Shown here piece after piece: positions 42,312 to 64,000 of a DNA stretch of 64,000 nucleotides (the first letter of the stretch is position 1; each line of letters starts with the position of its first letter). The translations under genes and the position numbers were made by a program. Origin of the DNA: Eledone cirrhosa (lineage: Eukaryota); contig CAXHJY010000269.1 of NCBI GenBank assembly GCA_964016885.1, positions 1 to 64,000 on the forward strand. The letters are read 5' to 3'. Under the pieces are notes generated by a model. The model had not been told where the DNA came from and did no database searches. It saw only the letters and a program-made list of their open reading frames with translations.

Positions 42312-42699
42312 GATCTACATATCAAATGTGTTATAAGCATCTACAAAGCAATACTGATTTTATTAAGGAGGGGGCTTGATTTCTTGAGTTATTGAAGGGT
42401 TGAACAGTCTCTCCTTACTTCTCTCTATATAGTTATATTGACTGGCTTCTGTCAGTTAGTGCGAGACGTGTTCCATATAGAACTACGTATTGACCTGTTC
42501 GTTAAATGCACATGCAAATCGTGAGCATACAAGACAAGTGCACACTTAACTCTGAGATTCAGCGTGATAGTGTACGATAAAGCAGTCCATTTGGATATGT
42601 ACAAAATAATTTCTGGCAGCTGAGAGGACTGGGTGAACGGGAAATAACGTGCCTTCCTCAAGCACACACACCGCAGTCCGATCATAAGTGATGTAGTAT

Positions 42700-42890
42700 A
42701 TCATGTTTGTACCAAGCAATAGATTTTGTTTCTAATGTAGGTGAAGCGTTGCCTATCCTGCTGTTAATGTATTTCACCATATCCCCCATTCCTGCTGAGA
42801 GATCTTCAGATGTAGGTGAAGTCTTCCACGACCTCCACACCAAACTGATACATATTCATTTGGAAGAGCACAGCAGTGCATTATTGTGAT
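42700..42890 (-). mobile_element. Small LINE RT fragment
   Basis: Minus strand reads EVVEDFTYI...NGDMVKYINSRIGNAS, resembling the post-YADD 'FxYLGS...I..RI.KA' region. Confidence 0.45.
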
Positions 42891-45037
42891 TTTAATCGGA
42901 ACTCGATTTGCATTTATTTTTCTCTCCCTAGATAATATAATCGCAACATTGCTGTTGGGCCATTCTAAACCATTCCACTGCTTATCAAATAGGCTAATGT
43001 ACTCCTTAGATAATTAAATCCTCATGGTGCTATTAGCTCATTCTGTGAAAAGAAAAACCTTTTTAATTCAAGGTTCTTTCGCATAAACTATGTTCCTCCA
43101 TCATTTCAGGTTTTGTCATTTATATTATGTCACTCTTTACGTGCTATACCTTCATACATGAAGTCATTTTAACCTGAGAATAGTCGGATTCTTTTAGAAA
43201 ACTCGATCATCGTTGTTGTGCGAAGCTACATTATTTTCATCGCCATTAAAACATATTGGAGATATTTTCCGAAAGATAATCATATCTTTTGTAATGTTAA
43301 AGCATCATTAGACTTGTAAAATATTCCAATATTTCCAGTGAATTACGAATATTTTTTTCTTACTCTATTACACACACAGCGCACAATTATAGTTATTCAA
43401 ACTTTGTCAGGATTCTGTACAAACATTACCCTGGGATTTTGTTATTTATTACTATGTTTGACGAACAAATCGTAAACCCATGGTACATAACATTGATGGA
43501 ATTTGATCACCAACTATGAATTTAGCAAAAATAATTTGTAACGTCCTTTTAAGTCACTTTTGGCTGAGCACATCTATGATCGAATGCGTATCCGCCGTAA
43601 CCATGCTCTATTTAAATAATTAGAGCTACATTGTCCAACGTACCGTTCGTGTGGAGTTTATTATTTCCTTTCTTTATGGTAGCGTGTGGTTTTATGAGTA
43701 ATGTGTATTTATCCCAGAAACAAGGCTGCACCCCTGTGCAACAGATGCCGCAGTGTATTTGAACGACATCTTGCATCATAGGAGTGTTTAAGGGCTAGAT
43801 TTAATCGTGACAGTACCGTCATCCCAACTGGGTGAGCAACATTTCAAGATTCATGTGGATCTTACTTCTGATATTGGAATGGTTTTGCTAGATTGATGTA
43901 CATTTTGTAATTTTATTTGTGGCATATCTAGTTAGTGGAACATGTCTCTCCTATAGATATATGCCTTTGCAGATTGTTGGTCAGGGATGAACATACATAG
44001 TTACACATTTTAATTCATAAAGAGATTAGGATGCGAGAACAGAAAAACTACTCTATTCAATATTTGGGAAAAGAAAACGTCTACTTAATACGTAAATGTC
44101 ATGTACGGATAAGATAATTTCAACATAGAAAAATAATGCATTCTAAATGCTGTTTGAGGCACTAGATCAGACACATTGTCAAACAAAGAGGATGAAAACG
44201 TTGAAAAAAAAAAGTAACACATCGTTAGTTGGAGAATTTGGTACAGTAATATACTTATTTCATTTCTCTAAATTTCAGATATTGATGTCATCATGATCCT
44301 CCATGTGTTTAACAAAACAAATTTCTCTGCTTTGCTATGTAAATAAACTCACTGTTTAACTCTATTGTATTTTGCTTTTCTTGATTCCACCTTAGCTTCT
44401 GGTCTACATATATTATTCAGTTTCAGTTTTATTATATCGTAATAGCTCTGTGATAGATAAGTTGTGTATTTTCCCGTTTATATTCCTATTTCTGTACATC
44501 GTTTTCCACATCGTTCGTATCAGAAATATCTAAATAAAAAATGAGCTAGGTGCCTTTTTTAAAATCCTATTTATATGCCTGATTGCTTGCTTTCGTATTC
44601 AACACCGCTGAATCTAGGATTTCTGCATATTTTGTATTATAGCTTACATAGAAGATTTTTGATATATTGGTTGTTAATCAGGTTACCTTGACAAACAAAC
44701 GAAGCGATTCAAACCTCTGCAAATAACTGTCACGTTCCCCTTGAATCATATCCTAACATTAAAAAAAAGAACTGACACTTTATATAATCTAGTCTTATGT
44801 GAAGTAAGTCTGAAACTGGAATGAGAACCCCGTTGCTAGGACGGAATGCGCCTGTTATAATATATTAAATATTTAACTAATTAGGTCTTGCTTTAATGTT
44901 TTGTTCTTATGCTTTACATGATTACATTGAATTCATGACAAAAAAAAAACAGAACTCAGTATCTTGTAGATGAATAAGCTCTAACGTACGTAATGCGTAA
45001 ATGTTTTTTATTTTTATTTATTTTTTTTTTTTATTTT

Positions 45038-45071
<34 letters not shown>

Positions 45072-47014
45072 GTAAAGAGGTATGTAGAATTAACAGAAAA
45101 CCCTACCTGCAATATTTGGGCTCACGGTACTTCGCAATGTAGCGTGAATTTTGCAACAAACTTTAGAATAAATGATGTTTTGTACAGCCAATGGCTTTCA
45201 ATATGTCTTGTCTTTAGTATTGCTGATGATCTTCAGGCTTTTCAAGACCAAATGAAATTAGTTCGAATGTCGAAGTACTATTTTTGATTATATACAAATT
45301 AAAGCATATAATGTTTCTTTACATATATTGTATCCTATGATTTAAATTTAATTTTCTCTATTTAGCAGGAAAATAAATATTACCGTTACTGGAACATTTT
45401 TATTTCTTCTCAAGAGAAAGGACTTCAAAATATATATGCATATATATTTTGTGTAGTTTTGTACAAAAATACACACACAAAACCACAAAACATATTCTGT
45501 TAAGTTATTGACTCCATTAGAAAAATATAACTTTATTTGCTGTGACTATATCAAAATTCATTTTCAATTAAGAAACAATTAATTCTAATGCGTGCATATT
45601 TATCTCTCTCATAGGAGATTTGCACTGAAGAATAAGACCATAAAACCACAGGACAGATATACGATCTACTGAAAATAAATAACACAGCTATAATAATAAA
45701 AAAAAACAACAACCATGTTTATAATGCAGATTTTATTTTTGTTGCCGTTGAGTGATTGTAAAGGTGATTGTTCTGATGATATCACTAAAACTCCACTTGA
45801 TTCCTCCTGTGTAAATAAGAATGAAATCTGATTAGAGAAACACAGACTTGGAAATATTAACGGAAAATAAGTGAAAAGCTTTACCCAGTACTCTGATTTT
45901 AGAAAAGTGTTATTAAATGCGTTAACAGAAAATGATACATTGATAAATATATAAGATGAAGACATAAATTAAATGTAAATTGAAATAATTCAGATCTTGA
46001 CATTCATTTAATTACACTACGACGAAAAGGACTTATACATTCTAAAGTATTTGTATTTTTGTATTATGCCGTTATAAACTTCAATGAAAGCAACAATCGA
46101 GGAATTATATAGTATGATGATTACAAGACAACTAATTTATCTCTTCACAACAAATTAATGAATTTTCAGGACTTGTTTATTAAATAATGTTGGGTTCTTA
46201 ATATATATTAACACGTGATCCAATAAGATTAGGTAGCTGCCCTTTGCGAGAGAACAAGACCAGTTAAAAAAACAATCTTCATATCAAACAGTCATTTTCA
46301 AAGGACGGACTGTGTATTGTAGTTTCTTTCATTTTTTATAGACAATACCCGATAAAAAGATATATTTCTGTGTTTATTAGTGCGATTTTCAATGTTCTCA
46401 GATTCATGCTATTTATTATACCGTTTTAAATCCCCAGGGCGATTGAGGAGGTCCAGGGAGCCCTAGGACATAGATGGTGGGGGCGGTAGATATATTATAA
46501 TATATTAAATAACAAATGATACATACTACTCAAAATATAGTAAAAAAAATATATATATATATATATTATACATAGTATATATTTATTTATTATATCTAAA
46601 TTAGCGATTTTATTTATATATTATTTCAATTTGGAAAATATAGTTATGAAAAAAAATAATGACTATGTATGTTCCCTTTAATATTAGAAGACAGGACAGG
46701 TCAGTTTCAAGCAATCCCTTAGATTACAAAGATTTCTCACCAAGTACGTTCGATATGTCTTCCGGAATGTTCTAAACTATTTACCAGCGGGGAGCATGAC
46801 AATGTGGACTTCCTCAATCTCACAAAATCCCAGTACATACTTTCTAGCGACTTATTCAATATTCCAACCCACCTAAGGATGAATACTCTTCTACAATACT
46901 CAATGTTACTATTAATGTGGTATTCATTAAAAAATATACGTCTCAGATATGAATCTACTCTTGTAGTATTGAGTACATTGTTCTGTTTTAATTTACTTTC
47001 ATACCACTGTGTTG

Positions 47015-61004
<13,990 letters not shown>

Positions 61005-61006
61005 GT

Positions 61007-61605
61007 ACCAGTTGGTGCTACTGGTAACATGTATCCCAGTACAACCTGTCTCATGGTTGGGTCGTTGGCGACTAAACTGGCAACCCCACCAAGGTTTCTT
61101 GGTGAGGAGGGTGACTTTGGACATCCTGCAGGACTAAAAACAAAACCTGTCAAAGGGCAAAGGAGCTCTTAAGAGTCAATGGCCATCCAAAATCACTGGG
61201 AGAGATGACCCCTTAGCCTTTATCAAGGCAGAATTCTAGGAGAAGGAAAACTCTGATATAACACCTGCAACCCTGATGGTATCCAATGATGTTGACCTGT
61301 TCTTCTTTTTGGTAAATATCATCTTGGTTAAGAGAGTGGGACTGGCTTTGTGCAGTGCCTTTGCTCACTATAAAAGCTTCACAGCACAGGCATTGCTTTA
61401 TATCTGGAGATCTCTCTGCACTTGTCATCACATGGTACCATGGGTCCTGCACTGTGTCAATAATGGTCACAAGTGTAGTCTTTGTACCAGAGTTTTCAAG
61501 TCGCTGACTGGACTAAAGTCACATTCGTTCAGCGCATCGGTAGGGGGTTCTCCTACATGGATATAAAGTAGTGGCCGTACTCGAAAACGAGTTGGCAGCC
61601 ACCAT
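61007..61605 (+). mobile_element. RTE-derived short element, near full length
   Basis: Reverse-complement homolog of 14456-15050. Confidence 0.88.
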
Positions 61606-62063
61606 GTATATATGTATGTATATATATATGTATGTATATATGTATGTATGTATGTATTATGTATGTATGTATATATGTATGTATATATATATGTATGTAT
61701 ATATGTATGTATATATATATGTATGTATGTATATATTGTATGTATGTATGTATGTATATATGTATGTATGTATGTATGTATATATGTATGTATGTATATA
61801 TGTATGTATGTATATATGTATGTATGTATATATGTATGTATGTATATATGTATGTATGTATATATGTATGTATATATGTATGTATGTATATATATATATG
61901 TATGTATGTATATATATGTATGTATAATATATATGTATGTATATATATATATATGTATGTATATATATATATGTATATATATATATGTATGTATGTATGC
62001 ATGTATGTATGCATATATGTATGCATATATGTATGTATGTATGTATGTATATATGTATGTATA

Positions 62064-62473
62064 TGGGAGAGATGACCCCTTAGCCTTTGTCAAGGCAGAA
62101 TTCTAGGAGAAGGAAAACTCTGATATAACACCTGCAACTCTGATGGTATCCAATGATGTTGACGTGTTCTTCTTTTGGTAAATATCATCTTGGTTAAGAG
62201 AGTGGGACTGGCTTTGTGCAGTGCCTTTGCTCACTATAAAGCTTCACGGCACAGGCATTGCTTTATATCTGGAGATCTCCCTGCATTTGTCGTCACATGA
62301 TACCATGGGCCCAGCACTAAGTGTCAATAATTGTCACAAGTGTAGTGTTTGTACCAGAGTTTTCAAGTCGCTGGCTGGACTAAAAAGTCACACTCGTTCA
62401 GCGCATCGGTAGGGGTTCTCCTACATGGATATAAAGTAGTGGCCATACTCGAAAACGAGTTGGCAGCCACCAT
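62064..62473 (+). mobile_element. RTE-derived short element, 5'-truncated
   Basis: Contains [25 protein letters not shown] and the family 3' end. Confidence 0.88.
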
Positions 62474-62474
62474 G

Positions 62475-62507
<33 letters not shown>

Positions 62508-62659
62508 GTATATATATATATGTATGTATGTATATATATATATGTATGTATGTATATATATATGTATGTATGTATATATATATATGTATATATATATATG
62601 TATATATATGTATATATATGTATATGTATGTATGTATGTATATATGTATATATGTATGT

Positions 62660-62732
<73 letters not shown>

Positions 62733-62963
62733 TATGTATGTATATATATATGTATGTATATATATATATATATACATACATATATATATATACATATATA
62801 TATATACATATATATATATACATATATATATATACATATATATATATACATATATATATACATATATATATACATATATATATATACATATATATAATAT
62901 ACATATATATACATATACATTTATATACATACATATATATATATACATATATATATATACATA

Positions 62964-63041
<78 letters not shown>

Positions 63042-63074
63042 TACATACATACATATATATACATACATATATGT

Positions 63075-63672
63075 ACCAGTTGGTGCTACTGGTAACATGT
63101 ATCCCAGTACAACCTGTCTCATGGTTGGGTCGTTGGCGACTAAACTGGCAACCCCACCAAGGTTTCTTGGTGAGGAGGGTGACTTTGGACATCCTGCAGG
63201 ACTAAAAACAAAACCTGTCAAAGGGCAAAGGAGCTCTTAAGAGTCAATGGCCATCCAAAATCACTGGGAGAGATGACCCCTTAGCCTTTATCAAGGCAGA
63301 ATTCTAGGAGAAGGAAAACTCTGATATAACACCTGCAACCCTGATGGTATCCAATGATGTTGACCTGTTCTTCTTTTTGGTAAATATCATCTTGGTTAAG
63401 AGAGTGGGACTGGCTTTGTGCAGTGCCTTTGCTCACTATAAAAGCTTCACAGCACAGGCATTGCTTTATATCTGGAGATCTCTCTGCACTTGTCATCACA
63501 TGGTACCATGGGTCCTGCACTGTGTCAATAATGGTCACAAGTGTAGTCTTTGTACCAGAGTTTTCAAGTCGCTGGCTGGACTAAAGTCACATTCGTTCAG
63601 CGCATCGGTAGGGGTTCTCCTACATGGATATAAAGTAGTGGCCGTACTCGAAAACGAGTTGGCAGCCACCAT
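63075..63672 (+). mobile_element. RTE-derived short element, near-identical to 61007-61605
   Basis: Same 5' boundary, shared variants and similar upstream (CATA)n flank. Confidence 0.88.
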
Positions 63673-63937
63673 GTATATATGTATGTATATATATATGTAT
63701 GTATATATGTATGTATGTATGTATATATGTATGTATATATATATGTATGTATATATGTATGTATATATATATGTATGTATATATGTATGTATGTATGTAT
63801 ATATGTATGTATATATATATGTATGTATATATGTATGTATATATATATGTATGTATGTATATATGTATGTATGTATGTATGTATATATGTATGTATGTAT
63901 GTATGTATATATGTATGTATGTATATATGTATGTATG

Positions 63938-63968
<31 letters not shown>

Positions 63969-64000
63969 ATATGTATGTATGTATATATGTATGTATATAT

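Noticed and set aside
45220-45265. CTGATGA-tctt...aaga...GAAA motif
   Set aside because: Spacing is wrong and stems I and III do not form, so likely chance.
45660-46990. Possible DNA-transposon or GIY-YIG remnants
   Set aside because: No recognisable motif could be read with confidence.

Overview
Eukaryotic, AT-rich, repeat-dominated DNA, most likely cephalopod (octopus-like). That assignment rests on a Nin-domain tRNA-SINE, a molluscan-type insulin and very extensive (TA)n/(TATG)n tracts. Only one host gene is supported: an intronless, molluscan-insulin-related peptide ORF at 38941-39315. Bases 1-33 kb are a nest of decayed retroelements separated by (TA)n microsatellites: Penelope-like elements (PLEs) of several families, CR1-like LINEs, a CRE-clade 3' fragment with an 11-bp TSD, SINEs and a ~600-bp RTE-derived non-autonomous element. 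Bases 47-61 kb are a ~14-kb TA/TATG mega-microsatellite, and the long Y/I/C/M/V/H ORFs there are artefacts. The main unannotated signal is catalytic RNA. Manual folding gives five type-I hammerhead ribozymes with complete cores (12244-, 16051+, 20044+, 24890-, 31729+), plus several minimal or degenerate ones. Most lie in short (~170-330 bp) non-coding islands between TA tracts. The RTE-derived element also has a twister-ribozyme-like fold at its 5' end. All folds were made by eye and none has been tested.
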